Assembly (NCBI GenBank): GCA_033442325.1
Contig: JAWQFM010000026.1
Span: 880,147-944,146 of the forward strand
Source of the DNA: Salpingoeca rosetta
Taxonomy: Eukaryota > Protista > Choanoflagellata
Direction: 5' to 3'
Length of the DNA stretch: 64,000 nt
Shown: positions 1-47,782 of the stretch, piece by piece
Layout of the letters: each line of letters begins with the position of its first letter
How positions within the stretch are numbered: the stretch's first letter is position 1
Made by a program: the position numbers and the translations under genes
Notes under the pieces: model-generated
Seen by the model: only the letters and a program-made list of their open reading frames with translations
What the model was told of the DNA's origin: nothing
The model's database searches: none

Positions 1-132
1 GTGTGTGTGTGTGTGTGTGTGTGTGTATAAAANNNNNNNNNNNNNNNNNNNNNNNNNNNNNNNNNNNNNNNNNNNNNNNNNNNNNNNNNNNNNNNNNNNN
101 NNNNNNNNNNNNNNNNNNNNNNNNNNNNNNNN

Positions 133-5162
<5,030 letters not shown>

Positions 5163-5321
5163 CTTTTCGGTTTACGAAAATTGCTCATGTCACAACGACT
5201 TTTCTGCTGGACAACAACCACACGCTCTCCCGTGCATTTTTATTTTTTTTCGACACAACGCGCGCTTTCTCCACGACCACGCAAGACCACCAGAAGACCA
5301 ACACTGCCTCCTCCACAAGCC
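5163..5321. promoter_or_regulatory. Putative bidirectional promoter between TPR-ANK-JmjC gene and LRR kinase
   Basis: Only 159 bp separate the two divergent ATGs. The interval is T-tract-rich and contains the palindrome-like TTTTCGGTTTACGAAAA. Confidence 0.5.
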
Positions 5322-5662
5322 ATGAGAGGGGCGACGACCACGGCTGTGGTGATGCTGCTGGTGATGCTGCTGGTGGTTGTTTCCATCGTGGCAGCCACGC
5401 CTGCAAGCATTTCTAGCATCTCAGCCGCAACTCGCACTGAACCACCCACGCAAGAAGGACAAGACAACCAGGTGGCTAGGTGGCTGTCTGCTCCCGATCT
5501 GTATCTGTCCTTCCGTGTTGTGTCCTGTTGTGACTGGAGGGTGTTTTGTGAAGCTGTAAAGTGGTGCATGTGTCTGTGTGTACTTCTGTCTGGTCAAGCG
5601 CACACATGCGCCTCCTCTCACACAATCGTCTCCCGGCTTCTCATGGTGTGCCTGCATGCACC

Positions 5663-5730
<68 letters not shown>

Positions 5731-8700
5731 CAACGCCTGCTTACTTTCTTTCTTTCTTAGTTGTGCTTGGAGGTACACGGGACACTGGACAGCATGGTGC
5801 GCATCCTGAAGGCGTACAGCGTGCCATTCTTCTCTGGACACAGTGATCGCAGTGGCAGCAACAATGACGCAACAACTGCAAATGCAACCAAGGAAGACAC
5901 GCCACTCACGCCACTCAGTGTTGACCTATCCCCGATTCACCGCATGATGGCTGCACTTGGGTGCGACGATCGCAATGAGGACAGCAGCAAAGACGAACAA
6001 CTTCAAGAAGAGCACGGGACACCATCCGCTCCACTGTTCACAACTTCCACTCCGCACGTGGAAGAGAGAGTGAATGCCATCCGCAACGCAACGACCAAGC
6101 TTCCCCGACTGTTGTGATGTGACTGGTCTGTGTGTGTGTAAGAGTGTTTGACTGGGACTTAGAGTAGGGTCTTGCTGTATACTGTGCGGGAGACGTAGTC
6201 GCAAGTAAAGAAGACAGGGTAATAGGATGGGGCGATGAGATAAGTGGAGTGATAAGATAAGTGACAACAATCAAGCAAGGAAAGTAGAGACAGGCACAAG
6301 GTCAAGAGAGACGAGCAAGGGGGTCGGATCTTGGGTGTTGGTGTCCTTGGTGAGGAGTGGTAGTTCCGTTCTGTTGTGTGGTTCGGAATCTGTGTTGGTC
6401 CTGAACTCTGGGAGGACTATGCCTTGATACCCTTAAGTTCGGCCTTGACACTCCTTCACGACACTTAAGTTCAGGATTTGTATTGTAGTGCTGTCTCACT
6501 ACACCGACAGCTACAGTGGCAGCACAGGCGAGTGCGAAGGAATGACAATGGTATTGGGCAATGCACGCTGGCAGGCGTGATTGATGGATCATGCTTTGGT
6601 GCAGACAACAAAAGAAGGCTCACCATCACTGTTTTTGAGGACGACCATGTGGATGACAGCACCAGTGCAAGAAACCTCAGAATCATTTCTCGCGACGTGC
6701 GTCAGCTGACAGTGACCGGACACGTTCAAGAAGCGACGCTGAAATGGATTATCAACAATGGAAGATGGGTTGCGTGCACTCACGTCATAGTTGAAGGCGT
6801 CCAGTTTCCAACATTCCAGTTAAGCATGCTCGACGAGCTCAGACTAGGTCTCAACACGATCATCATCCGCAACAGCGAGGTGCTGCGTGAAGTGAACGCA
6901 AGCGGCTTTGAGAACGCGCAAAGAATCACGGCATTCCACGTCACCAATTCGTCTTTGAGCGCTGTGCCAGATGTTTCATCTATGAAGGCGCTGGAGACTC
7001 TCAACGTGATCCAAAACCGTGTTCGCCAGGTGCGCAAGGGCGTTTTCATGGGGCTGACGGCACTTCAGCGGCTGTTTCTCCACAACAACGCCATCTCTCA
7101 CATGGAGCCGGGGGCATTTGATGACCTGACTGCTCTGGACAAGCTGATCCTTGCTTTTAACGACATCAGCATCATCCCTTCCGGCTTGTTTCATCAACTC
7201 GCAAGTCTCACATTGTTGCAGCTGCAAGTAAATCCAATCACGAAGCTTGACGCCGACGCATTCACTGGGCTAACCATGCTGGATCGCCTTGCGCTGGAGA
7301 ACGCCCTCCTCACAAGCTTGCCGCCGACACTATTCCGAAGCACAACCCGTCTCACCGCGCTTGGACTGGCCCACAACCGCCTCACGTCTCTGCCCGAGAC
7401 CATCTTTTCTGGTCTGTCGTCGTTGGATCTCCTGCAACTCTTCACCAACCGAATCACGTCCTTGCCAGGGGCCGTGTTCAACGACTTAGCAGCATTGACA
7501 GAATTGTACATTCGGGACAACGCCTTGACGGCATTGCCCGACAATCTCCTTGCGTTCAACACGCGACTCATCAAGTTCTATTGCAACAACAATGTCCTCA
7601 CGACCGTCCCAACAAGCCTCCTCGCGAACAACCACGAGCTGAAAGAAGTGTCCTTCGCCAACAACGCTCTTCGATCAATCAACAGTGTCCTGACAATGGC
7701 ATCCTCGTCGTCTCTGCAACTCCTTGACCTCAGCAACAATCCGATCCAGGAGCTGCCCAACGCCACTCTCACCCCTGCACTTGAAACCCTCCGTCTGCAG
7801 AACCACGAGATCAGACGCATGGATCTCACTCTACTACTGCAGACACACAACCTCAGTGTTCTCGAGCTTGGGGCAGCGGCGCAAGTGCAGTCTGTGGCAG
7901 TGTCGAGCAACATCAACAGTACCAGCATTGCGCCATTGACGACACTTCGCCTTGAAAATGTGGATATCGGCGCAGTGATTCACTCCCTCGAGCGGCTTCC
8001 AAACCTGAACCTCGATACGCTGCACATTGGCTGGCCAGGTGCCAGCGAACTGACGCTCGCAATCACCGAGTTGTGCAGACTGTTCGCAAGCAGCGTGCGA
8101 GAGCTTCGCATCGCCAACGCAGAATACCAAGTCATCCACCTATGCCCCAACAAGACGTTCGAAACGGTTCTCCTCAACGACAACAGGCATCTTCGGTCTG
8201 TCATCGTCGAATCCCCTTTGCAGGAGCTGAATGTGTCGGGTTGCACCCAGCTCACCTCCATTGACGCGCCTCCAATTGAAATTCTCGACATCAGTCACAC
8301 TCAAGTTCCACCCAAGCATCCGTTGTGCACGCAGTGGGGACGGCGTTTTCTCTTTGCGCGGAACATGGGTGGGGTCGCTGGCACACAAGAAGCCACGATG
8401 ATGGTCAAAAACTGTTTGGAGCAAGTGGATGTGCTGGATCTTTCAGGAAACGTGTGGCTCAACAGCCCACAAGAGATCAACCCTGTTGTGGAGAGAACGG
8501 TTGTCTTGGCAGATGAGGAGTTCACTTTTCCCGACTTTGTCACCCTCCCAAACCGGCCTCTTCCGCCGATTTTTCAACTGACTGGTGCGCCAATTGTTTG
8601 CGTGCTGCAGTTCTCCAGCCAGGACCTCCGCCCCCGCAGCGATCCATCCTTGCTGACGACAGAGGTTATGTTCTCCTTCTCCTGTGACTGCGCACAAGGC

Positions 8701-9501
8701 CATGAGAGGAGCGGTGGTGTGTGCCGGGGGGTTTCGCTCGATGTGACCGTTGTGGCTGCAGGCTCTGTGCTGGGCGGCTTGTTCATCCTCGTCCCTGTTG
8801 TCCTGTGGCTCTACCGCCGCTACTGGCGCTCCCACAAGAGCGCAAGCCTTCATCAGCAGCTGCTTGTGGAACGGGATGAGGAAGTAATGGCGCTGAAGAA
8901 AGCATGGGAGATTGAGTTCGATGAGCTGAGGATGACCAAGCGTGTTGCTGCGGGTGCGTTTGGTACGGTGTACAAGGCAGAATGGGACACGGTGACGGTG
9001 GCAGTGAAAGTGCTGCAGCAAGCGGTCATGGCATTTGACGAGAGCACGGTGCTGGAATTTGAGAAGGAGGTGGAGTTCTTGCAGCGGACAAGGCATCCGC
9101 ACGTGGTGCGGTTCTTTGGCGCTGGTACTGGTCCAAACGGCAGCCCGTTCCTGGTGCTGGAGTTTGTGGCGATGGGATCACTGAAAGACCTGTTGGGCAA
9201 GAACATGGGGCAGGTGTTGGCGGAGGTGAGAGAAGACAGTGAGGGCGGGAGTGACACGGATCCGGAGGTGATGATAGCTGACGTGGGCGATGAGCTGACA
9301 TTGGTCAACACGCCTGCTAACGGCGGCAAGGCGGCAAGCAGCGAGCTCACGGTTTGGGGCTTGAAGCTGCGGCTGCTCCGCGACGTTGCAAGTGGCATGG
9401 CTTTTATCCACAGCCTCGACCAGATGCACCGGTGTGTGGGGTCGTATGTATTTCTATTTATTTGTGAGTGAGTGTGTGTGTGTGAGTGTGTGAGTGAGTG
9501 A

Positions 9502-9533
<32 letters not shown>

Positions 9534-10317
9534 GTGAGTGACTGAGTGAGTCTGCAGGCACGTGTTTCTTGCTCACTGCTCACTGTACCATCCTATCCTT
9601 AAACCAATGTCGCCGTCATCATTTCAACAGAGATCTGAAGAGTGGAAATGTGCTGGTGTCGGCTCGGTTGCGTGCCAAGATTACGGACTTCGGATCCATT
9701 CGCCAGTGCTTCACGCGTGGTGGTGGCAGTAGCAGAACACAAACCGCCCACAATCGTTTGTCATCCAGTTATGACGATGATCCGGAGTACAGCCAGCAAG
9801 CTGGACTGCAGACGATGACGAGCATGACGCTGACGGCTGGTGTGGGCACGCCGCTGTACATGGCACCCGAGGCACTGACGGGCGACAAATACAGCTTTGA
9901 GGCTGACATCTTCAGCTTTGGCGTGCTGATGTGGGAGGTGGCGACGCAGCGTGTGCCTGATTTGATTGAGCAGGAAAAGGGGAGCGGGTATCGGGGACCG
10001 ATCCTCGCCACACTCTTCAACCTGATGGCAGATGGGAAACGGCTCACGTTTGAAGATGATGAACAAGATGGTGAGTTGTCTTGTGCATGCGTATGTATGT
10101 GGCGTGTTCGTGTGCGTGTGTGCTTGGATTACTTGCTTGAGCATCCTTCTCTCATCACACATATAATCACACAATCACACACACATACACCCAAACACAA
10201 ACACACTCATCCATAGCCATTCCCGAGTGGTTCCAGTCGCTGACGTACAAGTGCATGGCGCAGAACGCGCGTGAACGCCCATCCTTTGGAGAGCTCAAGG
10301 ATCACCACCTTGCATGA
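5322..10317 (+). CDS. Leucine-rich-repeat receptor kinase (signal peptide, prodomain, LRRs, TM, tyrosine-kinase-like Ser/Thr-type kinase), interrupted by a solo LTR
   Basis: Signal peptide from ATG 5322. Exon 1 5322-5471; exon 2 from 5761. LRRs of the LxxLxLxxNxLxxLPxxxF type in ORF 6478-9471. TM VVAAGSVLGGLFILVPVVLWLY-RRYWR. Kinase motifs AGAFGTVY, VAVK, HR|DLKSGN (intron 9432-9630), DFG, GTPLYMAPE, DIFSFG, ERPSF. Last exon 10217-10317 ends at TGA. Functional status depends on splicing of the LTR. Confidence 0.88.
6110..6503. mobile_element. Solo LTR (394 bp) of an LTR retrotransposon with 5-bp target-site duplication CCGAC
   Basis: Starts TGTTGTGA and ends TCACTACA (7/8 inverted match, TG...CA termini). 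Flanked by CCGAC at 6105-6109 and 6504-6508. Removing the element plus one TSD restores a continuous frame ...TKLPR-QLQWQHRRVRR. Composition differs from flanking exons and from typical introns. Confidence 0.85.
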
Positions 10318-11199
10318 TTGCACGTTGTGCAAGTGTGCCTGTCAGTGTGTGTGTGTGTGCCTGCCAGTGTGTGTGTGTGTGCATGCGTGTCTGTTTTTGA
10401 TTCCTGCATTACGTTCATGGTAGTCGTTTCTTCATCCGCCGTTGATCAAGATCATTGCCATCGTCCAGTCGTCCTTCGTCGTCGTCCACGCCATCAGCGC
10501 CATGTTGTTCTTCCTCTGTTCTTGTTCCACTTTGTTGTGTCCTCGTTCTTGCCGTGTTCTTTGTCGTTTTCATCGTCATTCTTAACCGTGAGATATGGCC
10601 CGTTCGTGTAGTTCCGTTTTCTCATTGACATTCAGCGAGACTGCGAGAGGTTTAGAGAGGTTCCATTGTTCCAAGAGAGGGAGAGAGAGAGAGAGTCGTG
10701 AAAGTGAAACGATCGAGATTAGCCGATTAGCCAGAGACAGAACTGAGCGCTTAAGTGCTCCCTGTGGTTTTCCAACAACGAGACATGTGTAGTGCGTGTG
10801 CGTTTGAGCTGTTGAGGTTGGCCGAGGAAAGGAGGAACGAAGGAACGAAGGAAGAGCTAAAGAGCTAATGAGCACTTGCTTGACTTAATGCAAGCCTTCA
10901 AGAGTTCTAGAGTTCAAGCGAGAGCGCTCTTCTTGCCTTCTTGCAACACCGCCACACCACAACTTGCTTCCAGAAAAACGGGCAAAGTCCGGAATAGTTG
11001 CGATATCTTCAACCACTTATCCGATCAACCACCTCGCTGACAAACAACACAGGTTGCTTCGCTTGCTTGTTGCTTGCTGCTTGTTGCTTGGAGTTGTGTT
11101 GTTGCTCGACGTTTGTGTTGTTGCTCGTCGCCGCGGCTCAGCAGTGTAGCAGCATCACTGGCTCTTCGCGCTGGCGCGTGAGACACTGCAACACCCGTC

Positions 11200-20114
<8,915 letters not shown>

Positions 20115-20299
20115 ACGAGCACCACCAGCACAGCACACTTTTGCCAGGCCATGCACCATGTTTGCCGTGTTTCTGTGGCGGCGTTCCAACAATTAAAGAA
20201 GATGACATCGTGTCATGCAACGAACATCCTGATGGCTGTTGTTGCCAAACGGAAGTTATTGTGCACCACAGCAGGCACGGAGCGAACACACCTCACGAC

Positions 20300-20340
<41 letters not shown>

Positions 20341-20549
20341 CCACAACCCAGTACTGCGTGTATTTATTTGAACGTGCTTGCAAACGAATTGGTTGAAGTC
20401 TGAAGCGAGCCATCGTCTATGAATCGAGTGTAACAGATAGCAACAAGCATGAAATGTAAAAACAACATCAATTCACATCTCGTAGAAACACGTAAACCTG
20501 CATCACCACCCCCTCACATCTCAAACGTTCTCCCACGCACTTCTCCCCT

Positions 20550-20655
<106 letters not shown>

Positions 20656-20739
20656 TCACTCACGCATCCAACTCAATCAACAACTGCTGTCCTTCCTCCA
20701 TCCCTGCATGTTCCCCGTCCCTCTTTCCCATTGTCACCA

Positions 20740-38824
<18,085 letters not shown>

Positions 38825-39008
38825 GATGGGTGGTGCTGCGGATGATAGCGGTGAGGGGGCAGGAGGGGAGCAAGGAGGTTGGTAATGGTGGTGAAGGGGA
38901 GGGGGAGGAGGGGTCGCTGTCGTTGGCGATGGCTGCCACTCAGCTCAGCCTCAGCTGCCGCTTCAGCGGCAACCTTTCAATCACAAGCGAACCAGCTCCA
39001 ACGGTGGG

Positions 39009-39066
<58 letters not shown>

Positions 39067-39602
39067 TGGTGTTGATGTTTGCGAGAGTGGTAGGTGACTG
39101 CTCCTTCAACGGATGGATGGCTTGCGTGTGGCTTGTCAATGGTGTCGTGGGAGACAGCGTGAGTGTGAGTGTGTGTGAGTGCGTGTGTGAGTGCGAGTGA
39201 CCATTCATCGCCCTCCCACAACCAATCCACAACCAATCGTGAACTGAGTGAGAACTGTCCTCTTTTTGCTTTCTCTTCTTTCTTTGTCTTGCTTCTGCAC
39301 CACCAAGAAAAGCGTTTGGGTTGCAGTGTGTGTGTGTGTGTGTTGTGTGTGTGTGTGTGTGATTTGCGTTTGCCCCTCCTCCTCCTCCTCCTCCTCCTTC
39401 ACCACCTCCTCCTCTCCATCCTCCTTCTCCTGCTCCTCCTTAGTGGGCTTACGCGTTGTATCTTTGGCGCCAGTAACGGGGGAACGGCACAGTCACGCTT
39501 GATACGCAACAGGATGACACATTCACACGTGCATGCAATCACACACACACACAACACACACACATGCACGCAACCACACGCTATCATGCACACACACATG
39601 GC

Positions 39603-40025
39603 TTAGATGCAGCCGTCCTGGTGTGCGCCGGGAATCTGCGGGCACTGAATACCACCAGCGCCATCAGCGGTGCTGGTGATGTGTGCATGCAGGGCTGCAA
39701 CGGCCGTGTCGGCGAGCGAGGAAAAGTCCACGCCCACAGCAATGTCTGCATAGCTGTCGCGCACAATGGCGCGCAGATCCGAAACGTGCTGGTTTGAGAC
39801 GGCAATGGGCACCTTGGCCAACACCTCGTTGACCAGGGCTGCCCCGTGCTTGTCCAGGTATTCCTTGACGGCCTGCAACACTTTGCACGTCGCCTTGTCT
39901 GCAATGGAGGAATTCGAAGTTGGAGAGGGGGGGAGGAGGACGAAAGAATGGGGGGGGGGGGGGGGGGGGGGGGGGAAAAAAGAAAAAAGAGGAGACGGGG
40001 CGGGGAGAATGGTGAGTAAAATCGC

Positions 40026-40110
<85 letters not shown>

Positions 40111-40646
40111 TGAGTGAGTGTGTGTGTGTGCATGCATACATGCATATGCGCGCGCGGGTGTGTGTGTGTGTACGTTCAGCACAGCGTGTGCAGCAAACAC
40201 AGGTTTTTTTTTCTATGCGCACATGCCGCACCTGAGCACTGCCCGATGGAGGAGAGCGTTGCCTCTGTCGCGTGCACCGTCACGTTGAACGTGTGCGCTG
40301 CCGTCTGTGTCACGTTCAGCTGTAAGAGGCCAGAGGGCCGGGAGGGGCCGGGCAATGGGGTAGGGTGTTACGGGAGTGGAGAGGCGATTGTGAGGCAACA
40401 CAGCTCCATGACCGAAGGAACAACAGGTTCAACATCGAACACGCGCCAGCATACACAAGCCTGCTTGCACAAACCATACACACACACACACCACCTCCCC
40501 TCTCTTGCTGCTGCGTTCTTTACCGTGACAGCAGCTGTGAGAACGGCGTTGGCGGTGATGGTCTTGCCGAGGAGCGGAAACGCGACAGTCGTGTTGAGGT
40601 CGACGGCAGCGCCACTCTTGAACCGCACGTCAGACGCATCCGCTGT

Positions 40647-40677
<31 letters not shown>

Positions 40678-42237
40678 AGTGTGTGTGCGTGTGTGAGTGA
40701 GTGAGTGAGTGAGTGAGTGAGTGAGTGAGTGAGTGTGTGTGTGTGTGTGTGTGTGTGATGGAAGGTGAAGGTGAAGCGGTGTGAGTTGAGGCAGAAACTA
40801 ATAGAGGGGGGGGGGCATCTCCGCGCACATGTACGAAAATACGAAACACACGGCAGTCACACAAGCATGGTGACACGCATAACATCTCACAGACTCACAG
40901 AATGAGATGTTGATGGGGACCGTCTGGTTTGCGATGACAACGTTGAAGGCAAAGTCGAGCACACCATCCTCCGCCAGCACAAACAGTGAATTCGACAGCA
41001 GCGAGTCGCCAAGCACCTGATGGTGATGGTGGCGATGATGATGTCGATGCAAGCGGTGTGATTGATTATGAGTGTGATGCCAACGATGGCGAAGGCAACT
41101 GATGTGACACCCAACTCTCCTCACATCATCCACTCACTCACTCATTCACCACCACATTAGCACCGCCACCACCACCACATTAGCACCGCCACCACCACCA
41201 CAACAGCACCACCACCACATTTGCACCACCACCCCCCACGAACCACGTGGATGTCGTTGTCTGTGAGCTGGGTGAGCGGGGGCTGAGCCGTCTGCTTTGC
41301 CGGCGCCTTCACCCCAGATGGGGTGATCAGCATCACGTCAAGCAGCACCGCCGCGCCCGCACGGGTGTTGCGCGTCTCGTTGGAGAACAGCCAGTCCACG
41401 CGGGCGGTGGTGGTGTTGATGTGGGAGTTGGCTGCGCGCGTGAGGCTTGCGGCAATAGAGGCGGCAACCTCCCCAAGCGCTTTCGTGCCGGCCTTGATGA
41501 TGTCTGGCTCCGCTGCCTGGATCCCTTTCTGGAACCTGTTGAAGGGAGGAAGGAAAGGGGCAGGAATGTTGTTGTTGGATGTGTGTTGAGGGGGGAATTC
41601 GTTTGGATGGGGGGGGGGCGTGTGCATGGTTGCCGTTGGTGTGTCATCGAGTGGAGTTTGAGGTATGCACCCACACAAACACATGTACGCACAAAACAAA
41701 ACAGAAACAACACAACACGCAAACACGCACACACACAACACAACACAACACACACAACACAAACATGCACACACACACACACACACACACGCGCACGCAC
41801 GCACCATGAGCAGAAGTTGTTGTTGAGGGAGAGGACGCGGAAGCCGGCGACAGTCCCGTTGACGAGCAACGTGTTGGTGGACTCGACAATGGGCGTGAAG
41901 GCAAGCGTGGCCGACAGGGAAGGCGTGATGGAGAAATCTCCCTGGTGGCGTGAACGCGTGCACATTGGGTGATGACGGGTGGGTAAGAGGTGAGCAACAC
42001 ACGGCAGTGATGCGAGGGCCACAAAAAGGGAGCGCACTTCGGGATGGAATGAAGCCAAGAGTGGCACGCCTGCAAGCAAAGACGCCTCACCTTGCACTTA
42101 TCCAGAGTGGAGCATCCCTTGCCAAACGGGTCATCATGGATGCACAACCCTGTTTGAAGCAAGCATGAGTGGATGCGCGCGCGCGTGTGTGTGTGTGTGT
42201 GTGTGTGTTGGTGTTGGTGTTGGTGTTCACAAACGCT

Positions 42238-42294
<57 letters not shown>

Positions 42295-42867
42295 GAACGC
42301 ACACACACACACACACACACACACAAAGAACGCACACACACACACCACAGCAACTTACGATAGAAGCCTTGCAGCGTGAGTTGGATGCTGGCCTCGATGA
42401 TGAGCTGATCCGTGCTGGCGCTTGTGTTGACGTTCAGGCCAACGCGCGTGTTGACGATGCTCAGCTGCTGGAAGTTCAGGTGCACGTGCTTCACGCCAAC
42501 GTCATCGTAGCTGCCAACCAAGCGTGCGACGCCACGTGAGCTCAGAGACAAAGACAACATCAAAACCCATGCAGTGGCCACGCCTCAATGAATGGTCCTG
42601 TGGCGCGACAACGTCACACAAGTCATTGCCCCTTTTCACACCCTCGTCCTCTTCTCTTCCCGTCTACACCTGCGCTTACCAGCAAGTGGGGAGCTGAATG
42701 CCGTTGATGGCCTGGTCAATCTTTGGCTCGATGGCCTTGAGCAGCTCGTCCACAACCACGTTGGGGATGGACACGCCTGCGTTGCTCACCACACTATCCC
42801 CATGGCACCCCACACTGCCGGCCACCACAGCCGCAAACACAAACACAAACACACAAGACGTCTTCAT
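39603..42867 (-). CDS. Secreted BPI/LBP/CETP (TULIP)-superfamily-like lipid-binding protein, paralogue 1
   Basis: Signal peptide MKTSCVFVFVFAAVVAGSVGCHG. N-terminal strand-helix AGVSIPNVVVDELLKAIEPKIDQAINGIQLP. Long amphipathic beta-strands. Pro-rich linker followed by DIHV|VLGDSLLSNSLFVLAEDGVLDF, resembling the start of the BPI C-terminal domain. About 450 aa, stop at 39603. The family call is by pattern only. Confidence 0.62.
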
Positions 42868-42946
42868 CGTCGTCGCTGTTGTTGTTGTTCCACGATTCGA
42901 TGCACAATTAATGAATGTTTTGGTGTGTTTTGGTGCAGCTGTCAAG
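42868..42946. promoter_or_regulatory. Putative bidirectional promoter between BPI-like 1 and sulfatase
   Basis: 79 bp separate the divergent ATGs, both of which start clear signal peptides. AT-rich core CAATTAATGAAT. Confidence 0.55.
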
Positions 42947-47571
<4,625 letters not shown>

Positions 47572-47782
47572 GGTGTTTGGTGGTAGTGGCGCCACAGTTA
47601 GCTGCATGCCATGAGGAAGACAAAGTGTTGTGTGTTACATTACTCTCCTGTGTTGTGTTGGAACATGTGCTGGAACGTGTGTGGTGCAGCGAAATGGAAC
47701 AAAGAAAGAGGCACAGTGAACACCAGCAAGCAAGCAACAACAACAACACAAGCCCCAAACAACAAGACACTCAACTGCGACG

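Noticed and set aside
6115-6117. In-frame TGA in the kinase as selenocysteine or readthrough
   Set aside because: The TGA lies inside the LTR insertion and further stops follow in that frame; the insertion explains it.
8900-10317. Calling the receptor a true tyrosine kinase
   Set aside because: The catalytic loop is HRDLKSGN and subdomain VIII is GTPLYMAPE, both Ser/Thr/TKL-type rather than HRDLAARN and P(I/V)RW.
10580-10915. Possible MITE, piggyBac (TTAA sites) or Helitron 3' end (CTAG at 10907) next to the kinase gene
   Set aside because: No terminal inverted repeats between the TTAA sites, only a weak hairpin, and CTAG is not followed by T.
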